A DNA stretch of 64,000 nucleotides, from the NCBI GenBank assembly GCA_964408995.1, contig CAYPBP010000001.1, positions 74,823-138,822 of the forward strand. The letters are read 5' to 3'. Positions 49,632-59,361 of the stretch are shown here, piece by piece. Position numbers and translations under genes: made by a program. The notes under the pieces were generated by a model, which saw nothing but the letters and a program-made list of their open reading frames with translations, did not search any database and was not told where the DNA came from. This DNA comes from an uncultured Gammaproteobacteria bacterium (lineage in GTDB: Bacteria > Patescibacteriota > Microgenomatia > UBA12405). Within the stretch, counting starts at the first letter, position 1. Each line of letters opens with the position of its first letter.

Positions 49632-50411
49632 ATCTTTTTGAGCCATCAAAGTTTCATAACCCAAATCAATTAGTTTTTGGTAATTCTTTTTTCTAAAGTC
49701 AAGAATAAAAGTTTTGTTTTCTTTCATATTCAAATAAACAATTTTTCTTCTTTTAAAAAAACTAATTTTTTGCATACTAATAATTTGCTGCATTAAAGCC
49801 ACTGAAGAATATAAAACATTAGCAGCAGAAGTTTTTTCATCTATTTTTTTTATTGGACCAGTAATATCAGACACAATAATTTTGGAAACTGGTGGTAAAA
49901 GCAAAATAGGAACATTGTTAATAACCCCTCCATCAACCAAAAAACGATCACCAATCTCAACAGGATGAAAAATACCTGGAATAGAAACTGAGGCTACTAA
50001 AGCTGGAAAAAGTTTGCCTTTATTAAAAACTACTTCTTTTTTTCGATTAACATCAGTCGCATTAAAAACCAAAGGAATCTTAAGATCTAAAAAATTATCA
50101 ACCTTGAGGTAATTTCTTAAAAAATTCTCGATACTATTTTTATAATTATTTCTGGTAGCCAAAAGTAAAGCTTTTGACAATTTCAAAAAATCAATTTCTC
50201 TAGAAATTTTTTCAAAATCAACTTGTGGATCAGCTGCATAAACAGCCCCAACCACAGCTCCAATCGAAGTTCCAGAAATATAATCAATTTTTATATTTAA
50301 TTCTTGTAAAGCCTTGATTACTCCCATATGAAAAAAACCTCTAGCTCCACCACCGCTCAAAACCAAGCCAACTGATTTTCTTTTATAAAAAAGATTAGCC
50401 AAAATATTCAT
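49623..50411 (-). CDS. patatin-like phospholipase
   Basis: GLVLSGGGARG oxyanion motif, GTSIGA nucleophile elbow, and a DGG aspartate. Confidence 0.8.
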   Translation of the reverse strand: MNILANLFYKRKSVGLVLSGGGARGFFHMGVIKALQELNIKIDYISGTSIGAVVGAVYAADPQVDFEKISREIDFLKLSKALLLATRNNYKNSIENFLRNYLKVDNFLDLKIPLVFNATDVNRKKEVVFNKGKLFPALVASVSIPGIFHPVEIGDRFLVDGGVINNVPILLLPPVSKIIVSDITGPIKKIDEKTSAANVLYSSVALMQQIISMQKISFFKRRKIVYLNMKENKTFILDFRKKNYQKLIDLGYETLMAQKDLL

Positions 50412-50675
50412 ATCTAATTATACGCCAAAATGAATCTATTTTTTAGTCCTATAGTTTGATTTTCCCCTTATTATTGATATAATCTGAACAATTTTATTAA
50501 TTAATCTAAAGCAGATTAAATTAATAAAAATGTACTTTAACAATCAATAAACTCAAACAATTTATATTGCTGCAATGCATCTCTTTGTGCCAAAATCTTT
50601 GACCCAAAGCGATGTATTGTTAACAATATATTGTAAGAATAAAGACGTATAAAAAGAAAGGGAAGGTTGTTTATC

Positions 50676-51278
50676 ATGAAAGGATGGGTATTTGCCAGTA
50701 TCTGCAAAAACTTAACGGATGAGGAGCAAGATTATGAGATTCTAACAGGATCGAATGAATTGGCCGAATTCGTTAAACCAGACAATTCAACAACTATAAC
50801 AATCGTAAGAAAAGACGGGGTTGGTTATCTGTACACAGGCGAAATTAAGAAAAAGCTTCCTTGCATAAGCGGATTTATGGTTGAAAAAGTCTACAGGTTG
50901 AATTTTATACTCGACAAGAACAAAATGGTTCTCTTGTCACTAACCAAAGAAGGGGCTAAGTTGTTTCCCGATGGAATAGCATCACAAATGCGATTTTTTT
51001 GGATCGAAAATATAGCCGAATGTCCAATGAATACCGCAAGACCTATTCTTGAAGGATGGTGGTTCGACGATATCTGTAATGATCCAACAATACTTAAGGG
51101 AAAACCTAACAGCGAAATCGGCTGGCCGACAGACATCAACATTAACGAATATCAAGAAATAGATCACAATGAGAGAATACATCTGATTAAAGAGCTCAAT
51201 AAGCTTGCTGACGCTAACCCCAACTGCCAACAAGAAATATTGCAAATGATTAAAAAAAACAGAAAGGAGGATGACTAA
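50676..51278 (+). CDS. hypothetical protein (cassette gene A, about 200 aa, no recognisable family)
   Basis: ATG preceded by the AAGGGAAGG SD. GC content is visibly higher than the host genes. The ORF track start at 50667 is a TTG; I prefer the ATG. Confidence 0.5.
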   Translation: MKGWVFASICKNLTDEEQDYEILTGSNELAEFVKPDNSTTITIVRKDGVGYLYTGEIKKKLPCISGFMVEKVYRLNFILDKNKMVLLSLTKEGAKLFPDGIASQMRFFWIENIAECPMNTARPILEGWWFDDICNDPTILKGKPNSEIGWPTDININEYQEIDHNERIHLIKELNKLADANPNCQQEILQMIKKNRKEDD

Positions 51279-51280
51279 TC

Positions 51281-51562
51281 ATGGATAAAACAAAAAACAT
51301 CTATAAACAAGCTTTCAAACCAACCACCGGCGCCGACATATTATTAGCCATCGAAAAGCTTCTTAATCCGGAAAAACCAATCGTTATTTGTATAAATAGC
51401 GAGATACTTGACCCCAACCATACAAATTTAGTAGCCAACAGAATTCAAGTTGGTATTGTAACTAACAACGAAACTAAGGAAGAAAGTATCATTATCGGCA
51501 ATTTGGACAACTTCTGCAGAAACAAACAATACACCTTAAAAAAATCCGAAACACCGCAATAA
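51281..51562 (+). CDS. hypothetical protein (cassette gene B, 93 aa)
   Basis: Strong SD AAAGGAGGA 7 nt upstream. It starts 2 nt after the gene A stop, so the two form an operon. Confidence 0.45.
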   Translation: MDKTKNIYKQAFKPTTGADILLAIEKLLNPEKPIVICINSEILDPNHTNLVANRIQVGIVTNNETKEESIIIGNLDNFCRNKQYTLKKSETPQ

Positions 51563-51660
51563 GAGTTTATTGATTGAAATAGGGGAGCAGTAATATGCAA
51601 GCAAACACAAATGCATAATACCTAGCTCCCCTTTTCAATGCCAAAAATTTATTTGTTCAT

Positions 51661-51693
51661 TAAAAAATCCCCAAAGATAGGGGATTTTTGTTT
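51661..51693 (+). terminator. rho-independent terminator
   Basis: AAATCCCCAAAGATAGGGGATTTTTGTTTTT is a 7-bp GC stem plus a U-tract. A longer hairpin (GGGGAGC...GCTCCCC) lies upstream at 51583-51640. Confidence 0.6.
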
Positions 51694-51698
51694 TTAAG

Positions 51699-51772
51699 CG
51701 GGTCTGATGGGATTCGAACCCACGATCTTCCGCGTGACAGGCGGATGTGCTAGACCGCTGCACCACAAACCC
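51699..51772 (-). tRNA. tRNA-Asp (anticodon GTC)
   Basis: The reverse complement has acceptor GGGTTTG/CAGACCC (one G-U), D-arm GTGCAGCGGTCTAGCAC, anticodon loop CTGTCAC, T-arm GTGGGTTCGAATCCCAT. Confidence 0.85.
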
Positions 51773-51893
51773 TTGGTCTATTATTTATCTTGATACTATA
51801 CCAAAACTTGTCACAACAAACAACAAATTGTTTTTATAAAAAAGGAAAATTAAAAAATGTTATACTGAAATAATTAAAAATTAATTTAAAAAA

Positions 51894-52472
51894 ATGATTT
51901 ATCCAATTATCTTAATTGCCGCTTTAGCTTTTTATATTTTTGCCTTTTTTAATAAATTAAAAACACTTCAAGTCAGAATTAAAGCCTCTATTCAAGAAAT
52001 CGGTAACCAACTTAAACGTCAAGCCAATTTAATTCCAAATCTAGTCGATTCTGTTAAGGGTTATATGAAACATGAAAAAGGTATTTTTGACCAACTTACA
52101 GAAGCCAGAAAATCAGTCGAAGCTGCTGTCAAAACTAATGATCCAAAAGCTATGGATAAATCTCAAGAATTAATCAATAAAGCCCTTGGTTCGATTAATG
52201 TCGTTATGGAAAGCAATCCAGAAATTAAAGCCTCAAATCTTGTTTCTGATTTAATGAACGAGCTTCGAGACACTGCTGATAAATTAATGTATGCCAGACG
52301 CACTTTAATTGATCTTGCTGCTGATTTTAATACTTCTATTTCTATAATTCCAGGAATTTGGATTGCTCCAATATTAGGATTTAAAGAAGAAAAAGGTTTA
52401 GAAACTCCTGTGGAAAGCGAACAATTAAAAGTTTCCGAATCAGAAACTAAAAATCCTGAAGTTAAACTATAA
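51894..52472 (+). CDS. lemA: LemA family protein
   Basis: N-terminal TM plus the LemA core (IPNLVDSVKGYMKHEKGIFDQLTEAR). Confidence 0.8.
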   Translation: MIYPIILIAALAFYIFAFFNKLKTLQVRIKASIQEIGNQLKRQANLIPNLVDSVKGYMKHEKGIFDQLTEARKSVEAAVKTNDPKAMDKSQELINKALGSINVVMESNPEIKASNLVSDLMNELRDTADKLMYARRTLIDLAADFNTSISIIPGIWIAPILGFKEEKGLETPVESEQLKVSESETKNPEVKL

Positions 52473-52475
52473 TTT

Positions 52476-53360
52476 ATGATTAATATTTACGAACAAGTTG
52501 GTCGTAACAAATTTAAATCAAGCTTAATAATAATCCTATTTATTGGCTTTATTTTAACCGCTACTTATTTTATTTCCCAAGCTTTCGGTTATGGCAATCA
52601 ACTTATGTTCTTTGCTCTAATTATTTCTCTCTCTACTTCTGGTGTCAGTTATTTTTGGGGTGACAAAATAGTTACCACCTTAAATGGTGCTCGTCTTGCC
52701 AATCGTAAAGAATTTTTTGATTTCTACACTGTCACCGAAAATTTAAGTATGGCAAATAGCACTCCCATGCCCAAAGTCTATGTAATCGACACCGAAGCTA
52801 TGAATGCTTTTGCTACTGGTCGAGATCCAAAACATGCCTTAATTTGCGCCACAACCGGTCTTTTAAATAAACTAAATCGCACTGAACTTGAAGCAGTTAT
52901 TGCTCATGAACTTTCTCATATAAAAAATTACGACATTAGATTAATGATGATCGTCAGTATGTTGGTTGGCACTTTGTCTCTTATTATCAACATGACTACT
53001 AGAGCTTCTTTTCTAGGTGGTAGAGATAGAGATAACGATGATAATAACCCAGTATTTTTAATAATTGGCATTGTCTTAATTATTTTTGCCCCTATTATTG
53101 CCAAGTTAATTCAACTCGCTATTTCTCGTCGTCGCGAATTTTTAGCTGATGCTTCAGGAGTAAAACTGACTCGTCAACCTCAAGGTCTAATTGATGCACT
53201 AGAAAAAATATCAAATGATCCCAATAAATTTGAAACTGCCTCCACCGCTACTGCCTCTTTATACATTAGTAATCCTTTTAAGGGTAATAAAATAGCCAGT
53301 CTTTTTTCCACCCACCCCCCAGTCGAAGACAGAATTAAAGCACTTCAATCTATGCTTTAA
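52476..53360 (+). CDS. htpX: M48-family zinc metalloprotease HtpX
   Basis: HELSHI (HExxH) and a four-TM architecture. Confidence 0.85.
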   Translation: MINIYEQVGRNKFKSSLIIILFIGFILTATYFISQAFGYGNQLMFFALIISLSTSGVSYFWGDKIVTTLNGARLANRKEFFDFYTVTENLSMANSTPMPKVYVIDTEAMNAFATGRDPKHALICATTGLLNKLNRTELEAVIAHELSHIKNYDIRLMMIVSMLVGTLSLIINMTTRASFLGGRDRDNDDNNPVFLIIGIVLIIFAPIIAKLIQLAISRRREFLADASGVKLTRQPQGLIDALEKISNDPNKFETASTATASLYISNPFKGNKIASLFSTHPPVEDRIKALQSML

Positions 53361-53416
53361 TTTTGTTTTTACTTTTCAACTTTATAAACTTTATAAACTT
53401 GATAAACTACTAGTAT

Positions 53417-56400
53417 ATGTCTTTCGTCCATCTACATGTTCACACTGAGTATTCCCTCCTTGACGGTCTCACTAAAATCAAAAAACTTGTTTCCACTGTT
53501 AAAGAAATGGGGATGGATTCTATTGCTATAACTGATCATGGCAACATGTATGGTGCTGTCGAATTTTTCAAAACCTGTAAAAAAAATGACATCAAACCAA
53601 TTATTGGCTGTGAAGTTTATTTAGCTCCAAATGGTCGATTAGATAAATCAACTGCCAATCGTCGTAACTATCATTTAATTCTATTAGCTAAAAATGAACA
53701 AGGTTATAGAAACTTAATGAAACTAGTTAGTATTGGTCAACTTGAAGGTTACTATTATAAACCGCGAATTGATTGGGAAACTTTACAACTTTACCACGAA
53801 GGACTAATCTGTAATAGTGCCTGTGTTGAGGGAGAAATTGCTCAACTAATTTTAGACGATAATTACCAGAAAGCTAAAAAAAGAGCCAAAGACTATCAAA
53901 ATCTTTTTGGTGAAGACTACTACCTAGAAATTCAAAGACACCCTGGCTTAAAAGATCAAGATACCGCAAATATTGGTTTAATCAAAATTAGCCGAGAATT
54001 AGGTATTCCTCTTGTGGCTGCCAACGATGCTCACTACTTAAAAAAAACTGACGCTTTTGCTCAAGATGTTTTATTGATGATTAATACTCAAACAACTATT
54101 AATGATGAAAAAAGAATGAGTATGTTGGCTTATCCTGATTTTTATATTAAATCTCCAGAAGAGATGCAAGAGCAATTTTCTGATATTCCGGATGCTCTAG
54201 AAAATACTCTAAAAATAGCCAAAAAATGTAATTTTGAAATGGAATTAGGTAACTGGTATTTTCCAAAATTCAAACTTCCTAAAGGTAAGACTCCAGAAGA
54301 TGCTTTAAAAGAATTAGTTTATAAATGTGCCAAAGAACATTATGGTAAATTAACTCCAGAAATTACTGACCGTCTTGAATATGAACTTGACGTTATTAAT
54401 CCAAAAGGTTACGCCGCTTACTTCTTAATCATGTATGATTTTATTAAATGGGCAGAAAAAAATGACACTCCAACTAATACTAGAGGTTCTGCTGGTGGTT
54501 GTTTAGTTGCCTTTACTTTAGGTATTACTTCTGTTGATCCTTTAATTTATCAACTACCTTTTGAAAGATTTTTAAACAAAGATCGTCCTTCACCTCCAGA
54601 TATAGATTTAGATATTGCTGATGATAAACGACAAGGCATGCTCCACCACATCATTGAACAGTATGGCAAGGACGCTGTGGCTCAAATTTGTACTTTTGGA
54701 CGTATGATGGCTAAAAGTGCAGTTCGCGACACTGCGCGCGTCTTAGCTTATGAATATGCTATTGGTGACAAAATTAGTAAACTCATCCCTCTTGGCTCTC
54801 AAGGTTTCCCTATGTCTATCGATAAGGCCATTGACCAAACTCCAGAATTAAAACGACTTTATGAAACCGATCCAGATTCTAAAAAAATAATAGAAGCCGC
54901 TAAACAAATTGAAGGCTGTGCTCGTCATATCAGCGTCCATGCTTGTGCTATCGTTATTTCTCCAACAGCTATCACTGATTTCTCTCCAGTCCAAATAGAA
55001 ACTGGTGGAGATAAAATCATTACTCAATACGAAATGCATGCCTGTGAAGATGTTGGTTTAATTAAATACGATATTTTAGGAATAAGAAATCTATCTTTTT
55101 TAGGACAATCAGTTTTAAATGTTAAAAAAAATCATAATATTGATATTAATTTAAGAAAAATTCCTCTTGATGATAAAAAAACTTTCGAAATGCTTTCCCG
55201 AGGTGACACTATGGGAGTCTTTCAACTTGCCGGAGAAGGGATGACTAAATGGATTAAAGAATTAAAACCAAACAGAGTTGAAGATTTAATGGCTATGGTG
55301 GCTCTTTACCGACCAGGACCAATGGCTATTATTCCAGAATACATTGCTCGCAAAAATGGCACTTCTGAAATCACTTTTATCGATCCTAAAATGGAAAAAT
55401 TCCTAGATAAATCTTATGGTCTTTTAGTTTACCAAGACGACTGTTTATACACCGCCATTGAACTAGCTGGCTACAATTGGACTGAAGTCGATAAATTTAG
55501 AAAGGCTATTGGTAAAAAAATTCCAGAAGAAATGGCTCTTCAAAAAGAAAAATTTATTAAGGGTTGTATTAATAACGGTTATACCCAAGAGAAAGCTAAG
55601 GAAATTTTTAGTCTTATTGAACCATTCACTTCCTATGGTTTTAACAAGGCTCACGCCGCTTCCTACGGTATGTTGGCCTATCGTACTGCTTACATGAAAG
55701 CTAATTATCCAGTTGAGTATATGTGCGCTTTACTTACTGCCGAATCTGATGATGCTGAAAAAATTACCGACGGCGTCAATGAATGCCGATACTTAGGTAT
55801 AATCATTAGTCCTCCAGATATAAATAAGTCATCTAGTGGTTTTGAAATGGAAGAAAACAAGGAATCACTTGAAAAATTAGCTATCCGATTTGGTTTAAGT
55901 GCTATCAAAAATGTTGGCACTGCTGCTATTGATAATATTATTAACGAAAGAAATACTAATGGTCCTTTTCTTAGTTTTGGAGATTTCTGTCTTCGAACTG
56001 ATTCTCAAAAAATAAACAAAAGAGTTTTCGAAAGTTTAATCAAAGTCGGAGCCATGGATCAATTTGGTGAAAGAAACGCTATTTTAGCTTCATTAGAAAA
56101 AATTAGACTTGACTGTGACAAATTAAATAATAAAAAAAATAATGGCCAATCTGGACTTTTTGATGATCCTAGTCAAAAAAACGCTAAAATAATGGCTCCA
56201 CCAGATAATTTTGTCGACACCACTCCAATGACTGAACATGAACGACTTGCCTTGGAAAAAGAACTTCTTGGTATTTTTGTTACCGAAAACCCAGTCAGCA
56301 AAATACTTGCTCCTTTCCAAACTTTAGGACTCCCCAAAATATCAGAAATACTCAAAAAAGACGCTGATATTCCTATTAAAATAGCCGCTAACTTAACTAA

Positions 56401-56836
56401 AATAAAATTAATAAGAACTAAAAAAAATAATGCTAAAATGGCTTTCTTAAGTTTAGAAGATGAAACTGGCAAAATAGAAGCTGTTTTGTTCCCAAAAACT
56501 TTTGATACTATTGAAAAAATCCTGACCGAAAATAAACCATTCTATATCGAAGGTAAAACTAACCTAAGAGAAGGTAATTTATCAATTTTAATTGATTCTC
56601 TTAGTATGGAGGCACCTAATACTTCACCAAAATATGATTTTGTCATTACAGTTCCTAAATCTGCCAACCAAACTCAATTAATGGACTTAAATAATCTGCT
56701 CAAAAAAAATCCTAATGGTCACAGAGGTTTGATAATTTTGCCTAATGGTAAGAATATCCCACTTAATTATGGCGTAGCTTACAACCAAAAGCTTCAAAAA
56801 GAAATTGATAATATCTTATTGCCAAATAAAAATTAG
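53417..56836 (+). CDS. dnaE: DNA polymerase III alpha subunit
   Basis: MSFVHLHVHTEYSLLDG is the PHP domain start. 1139 aa. Confidence 0.95.
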   Translation: MSFVHLHVHTEYSLLDGLTKIKKLVSTVKEMGMDSIAITDHGNMYGAVEFFKTCKKNDIKPIIGCEVYLAPNGRLDKSTANRRNYHLILLAKNEQGYRNLMKLVSIGQLEGYYYKPRIDWETLQLYHEGLICNSACVEGEIAQLILDDNYQKAKKRAKDYQNLFGEDYYLEIQRHPGLKDQDTANIGLIKISRELGIPLVAANDAHYLKKTDAFAQDVLLMINTQTTINDEKRMSMLAYPDFYIKSPEEMQEQFSDIPDALENTLKIAKKCNFEMELGNWYFPKFKLPKGKTPEDALKELVYKCAKEHYGKLTPEITDRLEYELDVINPKGYAAYFLIMYDFIKWAEKNDTPTNTRGSAGGCLVAFTLGITSVDPLIYQLPFERFLNKDRPSPPDIDLDIADDKRQGMLHHIIEQYGKDAVAQICTFGRMMAKSAVRDTARVLAYEYAIGDKISKLIPLGSQGFPMSIDKAIDQTPELKRLYETDPDSKKIIEAAKQIEGCARHISVHACAIVISPTAITDFSPVQIETGGDKIITQYEMHACEDVGLIKYDILGIRNLSFLGQSVLNVKKNHNIDINLRKIPLDDKKTFEMLSRGDTMGVFQLAGEGMTKWIKELKPNRVEDLMAMVALYRPGPMAIIPEYIARKNGTSEITFIDPKMEKFLDKSYGLLVYQDDCLYTAIELAGYNWTEVDKFRKAIGKKIPEEMALQKEKFIKGCINNGYTQEKAKEIFSLIEPFTSYGFNKAHAASYGMLAYRTAYMKANYPVEYMCALLTAESDDAEKITDGVNECRYLGIIISPPDINKSSSGFEMEENKESLEKLAIRFGLSAIKNVGTAAIDNIINERNTNGPFLSFGDFCLRTDSQKINKRVFESLIKVGAMDQFGERNAILASLEKIRLDCDKLNNKKNNGQSGLFDDPSQKNAKIMAPPDNFVDTTPMTEHERLALEKELLGIFVTENPVSKILAPFQTLGLPKISEILKKDADIPIKIAANLTKIKLIRTKKNNAKMAFLSLEDETGKIEAVLFPKTFDTIEKILTENKPFYIEGKTNLREGNLSILIDSLSMEAPNTSPKYDFVITVPKSANQTQLMDLNNLLKKNPNGHRGLIILPNGKNIPLNYGVAYNQKLQKEIDNILLPNKN

Positions 56837-56895
56837 ATTGCTAGACTAGCCAAGTTTACTTTGATATAATTTCAAAGCACAAATTTAACAAAAAT

Positions 56896-57210
56896 ATGTC
56901 ATTAAAATTTACACTAAACGAACAAGATTTTTCAGTTGGCGATTCCGTCAAGGTCAATTACAAAATCAAAGAAAAAGATAAAGAAAGATTACAAGCCTTT
57001 GATGGTGTCATTTTGGGTATCACTGGAACCGGTGAAAACAAAAATTTCATCGTTCAAAAAATCGCTTCTGACGCAGTTAAGGTTGAAAGAATTTTTCCTG
57101 TTAATTCACCATGGATCGACAGTATTAAAAAACTAAGAGGACCTAAGAGCAAAATTCGACGTGCTAAATTATATTATCTACGTAACGATAAAGTTCGTAA
57201 AACCGCTTAA
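56896..57210 (+). CDS. rplS: 50S ribosomal protein L19
   Basis: 104 aa ending ...PWIDSIKKLRGPKSKIRRAKLYYLR. Confidence 0.9.
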   Translation: MSLKFTLNEQDFSVGDSVKVNYKIKEKDKERLQAFDGVILGITGTGENKNFIVQKIASDAVKVERIFPVNSPWIDSIKKLRGPKSKIRRAKLYYLRNDKVRKTA

Positions 57211-57216
57211 CAATCA

Positions 57217-57330
57217 GGGTCTTTAGCCCCGCCTGCAGAAGCTATCGCTTCAGCGATTGCGGGCAGGTCAGTTGGTAGATCCGCCAACCGGCGGACTTTT
57301 AAGCAATTTATTGCTTCGTTATTTAAAAAC
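57217..57330 (+). pseudogene. degenerate tRNA-Lys-like fragment interrupted by GC-rich palindromic inserts
   Basis: It shares GGGTCTTTAGC, TCAGTTGGTAGA and CTTTTAAGCAAT blocks with the intact tRNA-Lys immediately downstream. It carries inserts CCCCGCCTGCAG...CGATTGCGGGCAGG and TCCGCCAACCGGCGGA. I cannot fold it into a cloverleaf. Confidence 0.4.
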
Positions 57331-57332
57331 TT

Positions 57333-57405
57333 GGGTCTTTAGCTCAGTTGGTAGAGCAGTTGCCTTTTAAGCAATTGGTCGCGGGTTCGAGTCCCGCAGG
57401 ACCCA
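57333..57405 (+). tRNA. tRNA-Lys (anticodon TTT)
   Basis: Acceptor GGGTCTT/AGGACCC, D-arm GCTCAGTTGGTAGAGC, anticodon loop CTTTTAA, T-arm GCGGGTTCGAGTCCCGC. Confidence 0.9.
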
Positions 57406-57463
57406 CTTTCATATATTGATTTGTTTTAATCCCTTGTAATTTTTCTGAAAAGATAAATATTAT

Positions 57464-58000
57464 TTGCTATACTTTTTTATGGAAACAGACAAAAGACCAC
57501 TTTATCTCAAATGGATGCTATTAATTATAAATATAATTCCGGTATTAATAATACTAACATCTTATGTCTCGTTTTTATTACAAAGGATAAGCTCATCTTC
57601 AATAGTATCATGGCCTATGACAACAGGATTTTTTATAATAGGACCAACTCTTTTAATTTCAGTTTTACCTGTTCTAATCTCCACATCAAATAGTAAATCT
57701 AAAAATATTTTTGGTTATGGTATTCCATTACTAATGCTATTAATAGTAATCTATGCTATCTGGCATGCTTCCGTTTGTACAGGCAAAATGTGTAGCTTAG
57801 GAGACGCAGCTTTAATCACATTCTTGACCCCATCGTTAGTAATTTTTACATTTTTTTACATACTTGGTAGTAATATTAAAAAATGGACAGAAAAAACATA
57901 TCGTAATTTATTTATATTAGAAATAGTAATTTTACTTTGTCTATATTTTTTACCTCTCATGTTATTTATGTACAAAAAATCTATTAGTATTAATAGATAG
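57464..58000 (+). CDS. hypothetical polytopic membrane protein
   Basis: Five or six hydrophobic segments. No family recognised. Confidence 0.35.
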   Translation: MLYFFMETDKRPLYLKWMLLIINIIPVLIILTSYVSFLLQRISSSSIVSWPMTTGFFIIGPTLLISVLPVLISTSNSKSKNIFGYGIPLLMLLIVIYAIWHASVCTGKMCSLGDAALITFLTPSLVIFTFFYILGSNIKKWTEKTYRNLFILEIVILLCLYFLPLMLFMYKKSISINR

Positions 58001-58011
58001 AATCAATTAAT

Positions 58012-58686
58012 TTACTTTAGAACATTATATCCAACAATTTCGAAATCACTTTGATTATTGTTAGCCATAAAGAATAAATAATCTGGAGTTATCATATCTG
58101 GAATATTTTGAATATTTACTATATTTTCACTAAACAATTGTTTAAAAATAAGATCAGCACAAGTTAATTTTTTATTTTCTTTTTTAGGAATTCCAAAAAT
58201 ATAATCCTTATCTTGGGCAATATTTATTAAGTTATTTTTTATAATATCTAACTTATTATTGTAATTTTTAGGTCTAACAATAACAAAATTATTCATATCA
58301 AAATTAAACCAATCACTTTTTGATAATTTTTCTATTTTAATATCATCATCACGATTTTTTTCTTTACCAACCGCTTGCACTATTTGATCATCACCTAAAT
58401 AAAAAGCTGAATGTGTAAAATAAGGATTAGCTAATTTGTTAAACAAAAATGTACGTTGAGTAATATATCTACGAATCAAAATATCACCAGGTAATAATTT
58501 ACATTCAATTATTTTTACACACTGAAATACATCATTTGTTAATGAATTTGTAACTTCATCATAAGAAAGTCTAAAAATTTTTTTATAAAAATTTAAACTT
58601 AAAACATAAACACCTAGTATAATAAGAAATAAAGATATTCCAGTCGTAAATATTATTAATAATCTTAATTTACGATTATTATTCAT
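58012..58686 (-). CDS. YiiX/YaeF-like permuted papain-fold (NlpC/P60 superfamily) protein
   Basis: N-terminal TM. His precedes Cys (HSAFYLGDDQIVQAVGK ... LTCADLIFKQL), as in the permuted papain family. Family assignment is tentative. Confidence 0.4.
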   Translation of the reverse strand: MNNNRKLRLLIIFTTGISLFLIILGVYVLSLNFYKKIFRLSYDEVTNSLTNDVFQCVKIIECKLLPGDILIRRYITQRTFLFNKLANPYFTHSAFYLGDDQIVQAVGKEKNRDDDIKIEKLSKSDWFNFDMNNFVIVRPKNYNNKLDIIKNNLINIAQDKDYIFGIPKKENKKLTCADLIFKQLFSENIVNIQNIPDMITPDYLFFMANNNQSDFEIVGYNVLK

Positions 58687-58713
58687 ATATAAACATTATA
58701 GATTAAAAACACT

Positions 58714-59361
58714 ATGTCAATCTACGGCCTAATTATCGGCATTTGTTTCGTAATTGGAATCACTTTTTTTCAAAAAAACAATAAAATTGTTCCCAAAGAT
58801 AAAGAAAATATTTTTATTTTTTTGTTTTTAATTTTTGCCATTATTGGCGCTCGACTTTATTCTATTATTAACTATTGGAATTATTTTTCTCTAAATCCAA
58901 TTCAAATCTTGAATCTTCGCGGTGGGGGATTAGGCATCATCGGTGGTCTTTTTTTTGGTCTAATTTTTACTTTTATTTTTTCAAAAATTAATAAACTATC
59001 TTTTTTAAAAATTACCAATACAATTGTTCCTATAATTCCTTTATGTCAAAGCCTTGGCCGATTTGGAAATTTTTTTAATAAAGAAATATATGGCATTAAC
59101 AATCAACCTGTTTGGCTCTATGAATCAATTTTAATGTTTATCTTATTTTTAATTTTCAAGAAAATTAAAATCCATCAAAGCGCTTTCTTTTTAATTTATT
59201 ATGGAATTGTTAGATTTTTATTAGAATTTATCCGTTTAGATACAATTCCTATCCACTTTTTAAGCCTAGGACAAATTTTAAGTCTTTCTTTTATCTTAAT
59301 AGGCTTTATAATCATCAAATATGAAAGTTCTCGTAATAAACCCAGGGTCAACCACCACTAA
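58714..59361 (+). CDS. lgt: prolipoprotein diacylglyceryl transferase (short form)
   Basis: Polytopic, with the Lgt signature CQSLGRFGNFFNKEIYG. Confidence 0.7.
   Translation: MSIYGLIIGICFVIGITFFQKNNKIVPKDKENIFIFLFLIFAIIGARLYSIINYWNYFSLNPIQILNLRGGGLGIIGGLFFGLIFTFIFSKINKLSFLKITNTIVPIIPLCQSLGRFGNFFNKEIYGINNQPVWLYESILMFILFLIFKKIKIHQSAFFLIYYGIVRFLLEFIRLDTIPIHFLSLGQILSLSFILIGFIIIKYESSRNKPRVNHH

Noticed and set aside
57217-57330. Possible second functional tRNA upstream of tRNA-Lys
   Set aside because: It shares blocks with tRNA-Lys, but the GC-rich inserts in the D-arm and anticodon-stem regions prevent any cloverleaf. I call it a degenerate fragment instead.
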